Shown: positions 29,491 through 38,625 of the stretch, one piece after another
Numbering within the stretch: the stretch's first letter is position 1
Layout: each line of letters starts with the position of its first letter
Source: an uncultured Pelagibacteraceae bacterium
GTDB lineage: Bacteria > Pseudomonadota > Alphaproteobacteria > Pelagibacterales > Pelagibacteraceae
Assembly: GCA_902574215.1 (NCBI GenBank)
Contig: CACGMR010000002.1
Span: 16,693-80,692 of the forward strand
Length of the DNA: 64,000 bases
Reading direction: 5' to 3'
The notes under the pieces: generated by a model
What the model saw: only the letters and a program-made list of their open reading frames with translations
Told to the model about the DNA's origin: nothing
The model's database searches: none
Program-made: the position numbers and the translations under genes

Positions 29491-30969
29491 TTGAAAAAAT
29501 TTATAATTTCTATTGATCAAGGTACCACTTCTTCAAGAGTAATTCTTTTTAACACTAAAGGAAGAATTGAATTTGTTTCACAGTATGAATTTAAACAATA
29601 TTTCCCAAAAAATGGGTGGGTAGAACATAACCCAAATGAGATTTGGTCAACAACCCTTAAAGCACTTAAGAATGTAATTAATAAGGCTAATAAAATCAGA
29701 GGCCATATTATTAGTATTGGAATTACCAATCAAAGGGAAACAACAATTTTATGGAATAAGAAAACAGGAAAGCCAATCTATAATGCAATAGTTTGGCAAG
29801 ATCGAAGAACTCAAGAATATTGTAAAAAACTTAAAAACAAAAAATATGAAAATGATTTTAGAAAGAAAACAGGATTATTTATTGATCCTTATTTTTCAGC
29901 AACAAAAGTAAGGTGGATTTTAGATAATGTTAAGCAGTCTAAAAAATTATTAAAGTCAAACAATTTATTATTTGGGACAGTTGATACTTTTTTAATTTGG
30001 AAATTAACTAATGGAAAACAACATTTAACCGAAGCTACAAACGCAAGTAGGACAATGTTGTTTAATATTAATAACAATAAATGGGATCATGAGATTTTAA
30101 AAAAATTAAATATTCCAAATAGTATTCTACCCGAAGTAAAAAATTCAGCTGATGACTTTGGCAAAACTGATAAAAAAATTATTGGAAAAGAGATACCAAT
30201 ATCTGCTGTTTTGGGTGATCAACAGGCTGCTGCGGTTGGTCAAACTTGTTTTGACAAAGGTTCAATCAAAAGCACTTATGGAACAGGGGCTTTTGTAATT
30301 ATGAATACAGGCTCCAAGAAAATAAATTCCAAAAATAAATTGTTAACAACAATATGTTATCGATTGAATAATAAGACTACTTATGCTTTAGAGGGATCAA
30401 TTTTCATAGCTGGCGCTGGCATACAATGGTTAAGAGATAAAATGAAATTGATAAAAAAAGCACCAGAAACAGAAAAAATAGCAAGATCATCAACTATAAA
30501 TGATGGTATCTTTGTCGTTCCCGCTTTTAGCGGCATGGGTGCACCTTATTGGAGACCAGATGCAAGAGGTTTAATTACAGGTTTAACTAGGGATAGTAAT
30601 TGGCAAAGTTTAGTAAGAGCAACTGTAGAGTCAGTTGCTTATCAAAGTTATGATCTTTTTAACGCTATGAATAAAGATGGTTTAAAACCTAGAATAGTAA
30701 AAATTGATGGTGGTATGGTTGCAAACAATTGGTTTTCACAATTCTTGTCAGACACAATAAATTTAAAAGTAATTAGACCAAAAGTATTGGAAACTACTGC
30801 ATTAGGAGTTGCGCTTTTTGCTGGATATCAAGTTGGTGAGTTTAAATCATTAAATCAAATTAAAAATATTTGGCAAAAAGATAAAGCTTTTTCACCAAAA
30901 ATTAAGAATTCGTTGAGAAATCAATTATTACAAGGATGGAAACTAGCAATTAAAAAAACTTTGGCGTAG
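29491..30969 (+). CDS. glpK: Glycerol kinase
   Basis: DQGTTSSR, GITNQRETT, VWQDRRT, TNASRT, GDQQAA and KSTYGTG; TTG start. Confidence 0.92.
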   Translation: MKKFIISIDQGTTSSRVILFNTKGRIEFVSQYEFKQYFPKNGWVEHNPNEIWSTTLKALKNVINKANKIRGHIISIGITNQRETTILWNKKTGKPIYNAIVWQDRRTQEYCKKLKNKKYENDFRKKTGLFIDPYFSATKVRWILDNVKQSKKLLKSNNLLFGTVDTFLIWKLTNGKQHLTEATNASRTMLFNINNNKWDHEILKKLNIPNSILPEVKNSADDFGKTDKKIIGKEIPISAVLGDQQAAAVGQTCFDKGSIKSTYGTGAFVIMNTGSKKINSKNKLLTTICYRLNNKTTYALEGSIFIAGAGIQWLRDKMKLIKKAPETEKIARSSTINDGIFVVPAFSGMGAPYWRPDARGLITGLTRDSNWQSLVRATVESVAYQSYDLFNAMNKDGLKPRIVKIDGGMVANNWFSQFLSDTINLKVIRPKVLETTALGVALFAGYQVGEFKSLNQIKNIWQKDKAFSPKIKNSLRNQLLQGWKLAIKKTLA

Positions 30970-30977
30970 CTTTAGGT

Positions 30978-31940
30978 ATGAAAAAAGTTTTAATTATTGG
31001 AGCTGGAGCAATGGGGGCAGCTTTTTCTTTTCCATTGTTAGACAATAACAATAAAGTAACTTTAACTGAGCCGTATAATGCAAAACTTTTAAATAAACTT
31101 CTTAAGAAAAAGAAATTTCATCCAAGTTTAAAAATTACTTTGCCAAAAAAATTACTAATTAAAAGATTTTCATCTCAATTATTATTTGAAAAATGGGATT
31201 TAATCGTAGTAGCCGTAAGTTCTGTTGGAATAGATTTGGTAAAAAAATATTTAAAAAACTTAAATAAAAAAACTTATTTACTGATTTTAACTAAAGGACT
31301 TAAATATGATCGTAAAATAAAAAAAATAATTACAATGTCAGAACAATTAGATTTAAGAAATAAAAAATTAAATATCTCTGTATTAAAAGGACCTTGTTTG
31401 GCAAAAGAATTGGCAAGAAAAATAAAGAGCTATACAGTTATTGCAAATAAAAATATCAGGATAGCACAACAAATAGGAAAACTAGTTTCAGCAAAATATT
31501 ATAAAACTGAATATTCATCAGATGTTCGAGGAATAGAATTCTCATCCGCAATTAAAAATATTTATTCTATGGTTATAGGATCGGGTGAAGGAAACAATAC
31601 CTCTTCAGCATTATTTAGAAAATCTTTTGATGAAATGGAATATTTAATTCAACATTTTAAAGGTAAAAAAGAAACTGTAAGAGGCTTAGCAGGTTTAGGA
31701 GATTTGTATGTTAGTGCTGTGGGAGGCAGAAATAGTAAAATGGGTGAATACTTGGGTAAAGGGTTTTCTTTTAAAAATGCTAAAAATAGATTTATGACAA
31801 ATGATACTGTTGAAGGAGCTGATTTAGCTTATGAAATTGCACCTTATATTTTAAATAAAATTAATAAGAAAAAAATTCCATTGATGATCGCTTTATTAAA
31901 TGCAATTACCAAAAACAAAAAATTAAATATAAATTATTAA
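30978..31940 (+). CDS. gpsA: Divergent NAD(P)H-dependent glycerol-3-phosphate dehydrogenase family protein
   Basis: GAGAMG, TKGL, GPCLAKE, AIKN, GLAGLGDL, RN and VEG motifs. Confidence 0.7.
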   Translation: MKKVLIIGAGAMGAAFSFPLLDNNNKVTLTEPYNAKLLNKLLKKKKFHPSLKITLPKKLLIKRFSSQLLFEKWDLIVVAVSSVGIDLVKKYLKNLNKKTYLLILTKGLKYDRKIKKIITMSEQLDLRNKKLNISVLKGPCLAKELARKIKSYTVIANKNIRIAQQIGKLVSAKYYKTEYSSDVRGIEFSSAIKNIYSMVIGSGEGNNTSSALFRKSFDEMEYLIQHFKGKKETVRGLAGLGDLYVSAVGGRNSKMGEYLGKGFSFKNAKNRFMTNDTVEGADLAYEIAPYILNKINKKKIPLMIALLNAITKNKKLNINY

Positions 31941-31942
31941 TT

Positions 31943-33274
31943 TTACTTATTTAAAAAAGTTTTCATTGAATCATCCATCGCTTTTTCCCATGGAGTATGG
32001 TGTACCGGCGCAACTGATCCAGTTACAGGAGACGAGAATGATTTATTTCTATATGTAAGAATATCCTCTACTTTATGATGCTCCCATTCTTTGAAATGTT
32101 TTCTAATTAATTCAAAATCGATTTTAGGGTAATCCGACATATCATGAAGTTCTTTGGTATATTCTGTTTGAAAATCAATCATTTGATCAGGGTTTTCTAG
32201 TTTTTCTTCCATTGAAACCCATTTGTTAATGTCTTTATCTATTTCGTCATCACCTGGCATTTTGATTTTTCCCATAATTACATCTCTTGCGTACCACCCC
32301 TGACAATCAAACATATTAAATGTATGAAATTGATCCTGCATACCTAAGTATAAAAGTTTATGATTATCTTGCCACACAACACCTTTGTAAAGTTTTGGTG
32401 GATATAATCTGTTATGTGTTTTTAATTTTAAGCTTTCATCTAAAAATGGAAAATGATGCAGATATCCTGTACATAAAATAACTACATCAGCATCTTGTTC
32501 TGTTCCATCTTTAAAGATGGCTTTTTTTCCTTCTAACCTGTCTAAATAATGAACTTCTTTCATACCTTTTGGCCATTTGAAACCCATTGGGTTATGCCTG
32601 TAACCGATTGTTACACTTTTAGCGCCATACTTATTACATTGTAGAGCCACATCTTCAGCAGAATAACTGCTTCCTAAAACAATTACATCTTTTCCTCTGA
32701 ATTCTTCAGCATCTCTAAAATCATGTGAGTGCATTATTCTTCCTGGAAAAGAACTCATTCCTTCGTATTCAGGAATAAAAGGCACAGAAAAATGACCTGT
32801 GGAGACTACAACATAATCAAACGTATCATTTAAAATTTTATTATTAACTTTATCTTGGTAGCTAATTTCAAACTTATCATTTTTATAAATAGTATTTGTA
32901 ACTCTTGTATTAAATTTAATCTTATTTTTTATATTTCCTTTGCTCACTCTTCCTAAAATATAATCTTGCAGCACTTCTCTTGGAGGGAAAGAGGGAATTG
33001 GCTTTCCAAAATGTTCATCAAAAGAATAATCAGCAAATTCTAAACACTCTTTAGGTCCATTAGACCATAAGTATCTGTACATACTGTTAGGTACAGGATC
33101 TCCATATTGATCTGAACCAGTTCTCCAGTTGTAGTTCCATAAACCACCCCAACTTTCTTGTTTTTCAAAGCAAACTATCTCAGGAATTTTTTCTCCTTTT
33201 TTTTCTAAATGCTCAAATGCTCTTAAAATTGAAAGTCCACATGGACCAGCGCCTATGATTGCTACTTTTGACAT
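31943..33274 (-). CDS. tmm: Trimethylamine monooxygenase (bacterial flavin-containing monooxygenase)
   Basis: VAIIGAGPCGL, WGGLWNYNWRTG, SMYRYLWSNGPKECLEFADY, FPGRIMHSHDFR and GSSYSAED. Probable ATG at 33274 (ORF track extends to 33322). Confidence 0.93.
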   Translation of the reverse strand: MSKVAIIGAGPCGLSILRAFEHLEKKGEKIPEIVCFEKQESWGGLWNYNWRTGSDQYGDPVPNSMYRYLWSNGPKECLEFADYSFDEHFGKPIPSFPPREVLQDYILGRVSKGNIKNKIKFNTRVTNTIYKNDKFEISYQDKVNNKILNDTFDYVVVSTGHFSVPFIPEYEGMSSFPGRIMHSHDFRDAEEFRGKDVIVLGSSYSAEDVALQCNKYGAKSVTIGYRHNPMGFKWPKGMKEVHYLDRLEGKKAIFKDGTEQDADVVILCTGYLHHFPFLDESLKLKTHNRLYPPKLYKGVVWQDNHKLLYLGMQDQFHTFNMFDCQGWYARDVIMGKIKMPGDDEIDKDINKWVSMEEKLENPDQMIDFQTEYTKELHDMSDYPKIDFELIRKHFKEWEHHKVEDILTYRNKSFSSPVTGSVAPVHHTPWEKAMDDSMKTFLNK

Positions 33275-33351
33275 AGAATTTTTCCTATCATTAATAAATT
33301 TATAAATATATCTTACTAACAATTTTTAAAAAAATAAAATTATATTTTGTT

Positions 33352-34509
33352 ATGGGTATTAATTGGAATTATCCAACCACTATGTGGATAGGAGAAAATA
33401 GAATTGAAGATTTATCCTTGGCTTGTAAAGAGTTAAATATTTCAAACCCATTATTTGTAACAGACAAGGATTTAATTAACTTAGATTTAATAAAAAACAC
33501 AATATTAAGATTAAAAAAAAATTTTAAAAAATTAGCTACCTTTTCTAATTTTACGGGAAATCCAATTGGAGAAAATGTAGAAGAAGGTGTTAAAGTTTAT
33601 AATACCTTGGACTGTGACGGTGTAATAGCTTTAGGAGGTGGGAGTGGTTTAGATGTTGGAAAAGCTATAGCATTCATGTGCAATCAATCTCGACCGTTAT
33701 GGGATTTTGAAGATATTGGTGATTACTGGACAAGAGCTGATAGTTCAAAAATTCCAAAAATTATTGCAGTTCCAACCACTGCTGGAACAGGATCCGAAAC
33801 AGGTAGAGCATCTGCAATTATAAATAAAGAAACAGGTGCAAAAAAAATTATTTTTCACCCAAAAATGTTACCTTCGATTGTTATTTTAGATCCTTTACTT
33901 ACATTAGATTTATCTCCAAGATTAACAGCAGCAACAGGAATGGATGCACTAGCTCATAATTTAGAGGCGTTTTGTGCACCAGGGTATCATCCAATGGCTG
34001 ATGGCATGGCAATAGAAGGAATGAAGTTAATTAAAAATTCTTTAATTAAAGCATTTACAAATGGAAAAGATGTTAACGCTAGAATGGATTTGCTTTCAGC
34101 GGCTTCAATGGGCTCGACTGCATTTCAGAAGGGTCTAGGAGCAATCCACTCATTGAGCCACCCTGTAAACGGCAAATTTAATGTTCATCATGGTTTATCT
34201 AATGCAATATTTATGCCTTATGTTTTAACATTTAATAAACCTTCAATCGAAAATAAAATAATATCGATTTGTGATTATCTTAATTTAAATAAAAATTTTG
34301 ATAGTTTTTTAAATTGGATTTTGGAATTAAGAAAAAATTTAAATATTCCACACAAATTATCAGATGTGATGGATTGTAATAATATTGATTTAGATGAACT
34401 TTCCTTAATGGCATTTGAAGATCCATCTACAGGAGGAAATCCCAAAAAATTAAGTCAAAATGATCTAAAAGAAATGTATATAAAAAGCATTTCTGGAGAA
34501 TTATTTTAA
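33352..34509 (+). CDS. Iron-containing alcohol dehydrogenase
   Basis: GGGSGLDVGK, PTTAGTGSE, GMDALAH and HSLSH...HHG metal ligands. Confidence 0.92.
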   Translation: MGINWNYPTTMWIGENRIEDLSLACKELNISNPLFVTDKDLINLDLIKNTILRLKKNFKKLATFSNFTGNPIGENVEEGVKVYNTLDCDGVIALGGGSGLDVGKAIAFMCNQSRPLWDFEDIGDYWTRADSSKIPKIIAVPTTAGTGSETGRASAIINKETGAKKIIFHPKMLPSIVILDPLLTLDLSPRLTAATGMDALAHNLEAFCAPGYHPMADGMAIEGMKLIKNSLIKAFTNGKDVNARMDLLSAASMGSTAFQKGLGAIHSLSHPVNGKFNVHHGLSNAIFMPYVLTFNKPSIENKIISICDYLNLNKNFDSFLNWILELRKNLNIPHKLSDVMDCNNIDLDELSLMAFEDPSTGGNPKKLSQNDLKEMYIKSISGELF

Positions 34510-35297
34510 TGAAAAAAATATTGATAGTAGAAGGAAACTTGCGAGAAGAAAATCAAAATTTTTCTGAGGCTGGAATTCAAACACATACAGAAAGTCTTAA
34601 AGATAGTTTGGCTTATTTCACTGATAAGCTAGAAACCCATGTGGTTAACCCATCTTCAGATGAAAATATCGATAAAAATATTGACGCACTCGAAAGTTAC
34701 GATGGTCTTATTTGGGGTGGTAGTAGTTTAAATATTTATAACAATACTCCAGAAATAATAAGACAAATTAATTTTATGAAAGAGTGCCAAAAAAAAATTA
34801 AAAAAATTCTAGCAATTTGCTGGGGAATGCAAGTTGCAGTAACTGCAGCGGGAGGAGAGGTAAAAAAAGGTAATAAAGGATCTCATAGAGGAATTGCTCT
34901 AAATATAGAAATTAATGAAAATGGTTTAAATCATCCACTTTATAAAAATAAGGATAAAACTTTTAATACGCCAGCATTTAATTTTGATGAAGTTGTAACG
35001 ATGCCAGAAAATTCAACTTTATTGGCCTCAAACTCAATAAACAATGTTCAAGGGATAAATTTTAAAGTTGGAGATTGTAATATTTGGGGACTTCAATATC
35101 ACCCTGAAATTACTTACAATAAAATGATTAATTTAATTATTTTTAGAAAAGAAAAATTACTAGCAAGAGGTGCTTTTAAAGATCAAGAGGAGATTGATAA
35201 CCATATTGAACAAATTGAAATAGAAAATCAAAAACTAGATAAAATTTCAAGAATGAGAGAACTAGAAAATTGGTTAGATTATCTTAATTTAGAATAA
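34509..35297 (+). CDS. Class I glutamine amidotransferase-like protein (stand-alone)
   Basis: AICWGMQ nucleophile Cys and QYHPE His/Glu of the triad. Confidence 0.88.
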   Translation: MKKILIVEGNLREENQNFSEAGIQTHTESLKDSLAYFTDKLETHVVNPSSDENIDKNIDALESYDGLIWGGSSLNIYNNTPEIIRQINFMKECQKKIKKILAICWGMQVAVTAAGGEVKKGNKGSHRGIALNIEINENGLNHPLYKNKDKTFNTPAFNFDEVVTMPENSTLLASNSINNVQGINFKVGDCNIWGLQYHPEITYNKMINLIIFRKEKLLARGAFKDQEEIDNHIEQIEIENQKLDKISRMRELENWLDYLNLE

Positions 35298-36971
35298 ACC
35301 TTCAATTTCGCCTTTGTCATTCAACTTAATGGAGTCAGCAGCAGGAACTCTAGGTAACCCTGGCATTGTCATGATTTCACCGCACACAACAACTATAAAT
35401 TCAGCACCAGAAGAAAGTCTTACCTCTCTAACTGGTAAAACATGACCCGTGGGTGCACCCTTTAAATTTGGATCTGTTGAAAAACTATATTGAGTTTTTG
35501 CAATACAAACAGGCAACTTACCATAACCTTTTTCCTCAAAATCTTTTAATTGTTGTCTCACTTTTGTGTCTGCTACTACTTCAGAGGCACTATAAATTTC
35601 TTGTGCAATTTTTTCTATTTTTTTGAACAGCGGAAGATCGTCTTCATATAAAAATTTAAATGTATCTTTTTTATCCTCACAAATTTCAGTAACATTTTTA
35701 GCTAATTCAATAGTTCCTTCACTTCCATTAGACCAATGAGTGCATTTAGAGGCTTTTACACCCTGCGTTTCACAAAAATCTAGCAAGGTTTTCATTTCAT
35801 CTTCTGTATCAGTAATAAAATGATTAACCGCAACAGTAACAGGTAATCCAAATTTTCTAATATTATTTATATGTCTACGTAAATTTACCATTCCCTCTTT
35901 TAGTGCTGACACATTTTCTTTTTTTAAATCTTCTTTAGCAACACCTCCATGCATTTTCAGTGCTCTTATTGTTGCTACAATAACTACGCAATCTGGTTTT
36001 AGATTAGATTTTCTGCACTTAATATCCAAAAATTTTTCAGCTCCTAAATCAGCTCCAAATCCTGCCTCTGTTACAACATAGTCAGCTAATTTAAGTCCTG
36101 CTTTAGTTGCAATAACTGAATTACATCCATGAGCAATATTTGCAAAAGGACCACCATGAATTATCGCAGGATTGTTTTCTAAAGTTTGAGTTACATTAGG
36201 TCTTATTGCTTCTTTAAGCAAAACTGTCATTGGACCTTGTGCATTTAAATCTTTTGCACAAATCGCCTGCTTATCCCTAGTATAACCAATTGTAATATTA
36301 CCAATTCTATTTTCTAAATCTTTAAGGTCTGTTGCTAAACAAAAAATAGCCATTAGCTCAGATGCAACTGTAATATCAAAACTATCTTGCCTAGGGTAAC
36401 CATTAGCCACTCCTCCCAGATCAACAATGATAGATCTTAACGATCTATCATTCATATCCATTACTCTTCTCCAAACAATTCTTCTAACATCAATATTAAG
36501 TTTGTTACCCCAATAAATATGATTATCAATTAACGCAGATAGTAAATTATGTGCAGATGTAATAGCATGAAAGTCACCTGTAAAATGAAGATTAATTTGT
36601 TCCATTGGTACTACCTGGGCATAACCACCACCAGCAGCTCCACCCTTCATTCCAAATGATGGGCCAAGACTTGGTTCTCTTAAACAAACTATAGATTTTT
36701 TTCCGATTTTATTTAAACCGTCATTTAACCCAACTGAAGTTGTAGTTTTACCCTCACCAGCTGGAGTAGGAGTGATTGCAGTAACTAAAATTAATTTACC
36801 ATTTTCTTTTTTAAGGGTATTCAAATATTCCAGATTAATTTTGGCAATGTGTCTGCCCATTGGACTGAAAGCAAAATTTTCATCTGGTACACCAATCTTT
36901 GAAAGAATATCTTTTATTGGTTGCATTTTAGCTTCTCTAGCTATTTGAATGTCTGATTTTACATCACTCAT
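35289..36971 (-). CDS. fhs: Formate--tetrahydrofolate ligase
   Basis: [48 protein letters not shown] and MTMPGLP. Confidence 0.97.
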   Translation of the reverse strand: MSDVKSDIQIAREAKMQPIKDILSKIGVPDENFAFSPMGRHIAKINLEYLNTLKKENGKLILVTAITPTPAGEGKTTTSVGLNDGLNKIGKKSIVCLREPSLGPSFGMKGGAAGGGYAQVVPMEQINLHFTGDFHAITSAHNLLSALIDNHIYWGNKLNIDVRRIVWRRVMDMNDRSLRSIIVDLGGVANGYPRQDSFDITVASELMAIFCLATDLKDLENRIGNITIGYTRDKQAICAKDLNAQGPMTVLLKEAIRPNVTQTLENNPAIIHGGPFANIAHGCNSVIATKAGLKLADYVVTEAGFGADLGAEKFLDIKCRKSNLKPDCVVIVATIRALKMHGGVAKEDLKKENVSALKEGMVNLRRHINNIRKFGLPVTVAVNHFITDTEDEMKTLLDFCETQGVKASKCTHWSNGSEGTIELAKNVTEICEDKKDTFKFLYEDDLPLFKKIEKIAQEIYSASEVVADTKVRQQLKDFEEKGYGKLPVCIAKTQYSFSTDPNLKGAPTGHVLPVREVRLSSGAEFIVVVCGEIMTMPGLPRVPAADSIKLNDKGEIEGLF

Positions 36972-37036
36972 GAATAATCCTTTAAATTAAAAACATTTCC
37001 TGTGACTTCTTATCCTTTTTTGAGATATTTGGAAAC

Positions 37037-37054
37037 TTCTAAAAAATATATATA
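37037..37054. promoter_or_regulatory. Candidate operator in the fhs/soxB divergent promoter
   Basis: TTCTAAAAAATATATATA, an 18/18 match to the reverse complement of 24190-24207. Confidence 0.45.
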
Positions 37055-37098
37055 AAAAAAATAAGCACTATTTATATTCTTTGTTATAAAATTATTTG

Positions 37099-38355
37099 AT
37101 GCAGAAGTATTCAATATTTAACCTGGTTAAAAACGCTTTTTCAAACCACCAAAATTGGGATCTAGCTTGGAAAGATCCAACACCTAAAGAGGAATATGAT
37201 GTAGTGATTATTGGTGGGGGAGGTCACGGTTTAGCTACGGCATATTACCTTGCGAAAGAGCATAACATTACAAAAGTTGCAATTATCGAGAAAGGTTGGA
37301 TTGGAGGAGGAAATGTAGGACGTAACACTACAATTATTAGATCCAATTATATGCACGATGAAAATGGTTTGTTCAGTGAGTTTGGAATGGATTTATGGAG
37401 AAAGATGAGTCAGGACCTGAACTATAACGTAATGTTTTCTCCAAGAGGTATTATTAATCTTGCTCATTCAGATGCTCAAATGAATGCTTATGCAAGAAGA
37501 GGAAATTCAATGAGATTAAATGGAATAGATGCAGTTCTTTTAAACAGAGAACAAGTTAAAGAAATTATTCCAATGGCTGATTTTTCAGACAACGTAAGAT
37601 TTCCAATTTTTGGTGGCTTGATGCAACCAAGTGCAGGAACAGCAAGACATGATGCTGTTGCATGGGGTTATGCACGTCAGGCAGATTCAATGGGGGTGGA
37701 TATAATTCAGAATTGTGAAGTAATTGGATTTGATGTTTCAGCGGGAAAAATCAATGGTATTAGAACTTCACGAGGAAATATCAAAGCAAAAAAAGTTGGT
37801 TTATGTGTCGCTGGCAGTACAAATATTTTAGCTGAAAAATTAAACATGACCTTACCAATAGAAACTCATTTACTTCAAGCTTGTGTTTCTGAACCAATTA
37901 AACCAGTTCTGGACAATGTAGTTACGTTTGGTGCAGGACACTTTTATGTAAGTCAATCTGACAAAGGTGAAATGGTAATGGGTGGAGATTTAGATGGATA
38001 CAATAGTTATGCTCAAAGGGGAAATTTACCAACATTACAACACGTTTTAACTGAGGGAATAGCGATGATGCCGTTTTTAAGTAAATTAAAAATGTTGAGA
38101 ACTTGGGGCGGTATAATGGATATGTCAATGGATGGTTCACCTATTATTGATAAAACTCATATTGAAGGTTTGTATTTAAATTGTGGATGGTGCTACGGAG
38201 GATTTAAAGCGACGCCTGCATCAGGATGGACATTTGCACACACAATTGCACAAGATAGAGTTCACGAATTAAACGCTGGTTATAGTTTAAATAGATTTAG
38301 TACTGGCCATCTTATTGATGAAAAGGGACTTGGAACAAAAACCTGGATATCGTAA
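37099..38355 (+). CDS. soxB: Sarcosine oxidase beta-type subunit (probably N-methylglutamate dehydrogenase MgdA)
   Basis: GGGGHGLATAYYLAKEH, GRNTTIIRSNY, ARHDAVAWGYAR, WCYGGFKATPASG and IDEKG; ATG at 37099. Confidence 0.9.
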   Translation: MQKYSIFNLVKNAFSNHQNWDLAWKDPTPKEEYDVVIIGGGGHGLATAYYLAKEHNITKVAIIEKGWIGGGNVGRNTTIIRSNYMHDENGLFSEFGMDLWRKMSQDLNYNVMFSPRGIINLAHSDAQMNAYARRGNSMRLNGIDAVLLNREQVKEIIPMADFSDNVRFPIFGGLMQPSAGTARHDAVAWGYARQADSMGVDIIQNCEVIGFDVSAGKINGIRTSRGNIKAKKVGLCVAGSTNILAEKLNMTLPIETHLLQACVSEPIKPVLDNVVTFGAGHFYVSQSDKGEMVMGGDLDGYNSYAQRGNLPTLQHVLTEGIAMMPFLSKLKMLRTWGGIMDMSMDGSPIIDKTHIEGLYLNCGWCYGGFKATPASGWTFAHTIAQDRVHELNAGYSLNRFSTGHLIDEKGLGTKTWIS

Positions 38356-38625
38356 ATGCTTTACATAAATTGCCCACACTGTGGAATGAGATCTCAAAAT
38401 GAATTTTCATATGGTGGCGATGCAAGCGTTAAAAGACCAGAACTTAATAAAGAAGTTTCTGATCAAGAATGGGATAATTTTGTTTACAATAGAAAAAGTT
38501 TAAGAGGAAAGCATTTAGAGCTATGGCAACATATTTCTGGATGTAGACAATGGATAAAGGTTGAGAGAGATACTGCAACCCATGAAATTTTTAAAACTTT
38601 TAAAGCTGATGAGGAAGTTGCTTAA
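38356..38625 (+). CDS. soxD: Sarcosine oxidase delta-type subunit (MgdB-like)
   Basis: CPHCG...EF...WQH..GCRQW...RDT zinc motif. Confidence 0.92.
   Translation: MLYINCPHCGMRSQNEFSYGGDASVKRPELNKEVSDQEWDNFVYNRKSLRGKHLELWQHISGCRQWIKVERDTATHEIFKTFKADEEVA

Noticed and set aside
38330-38355. Possible frameshift at the soxB 3' end (GTKTWIS)
   Set aside because: Length is normal and the stop abuts the soxD ATG, so no lesion is needed to explain it.
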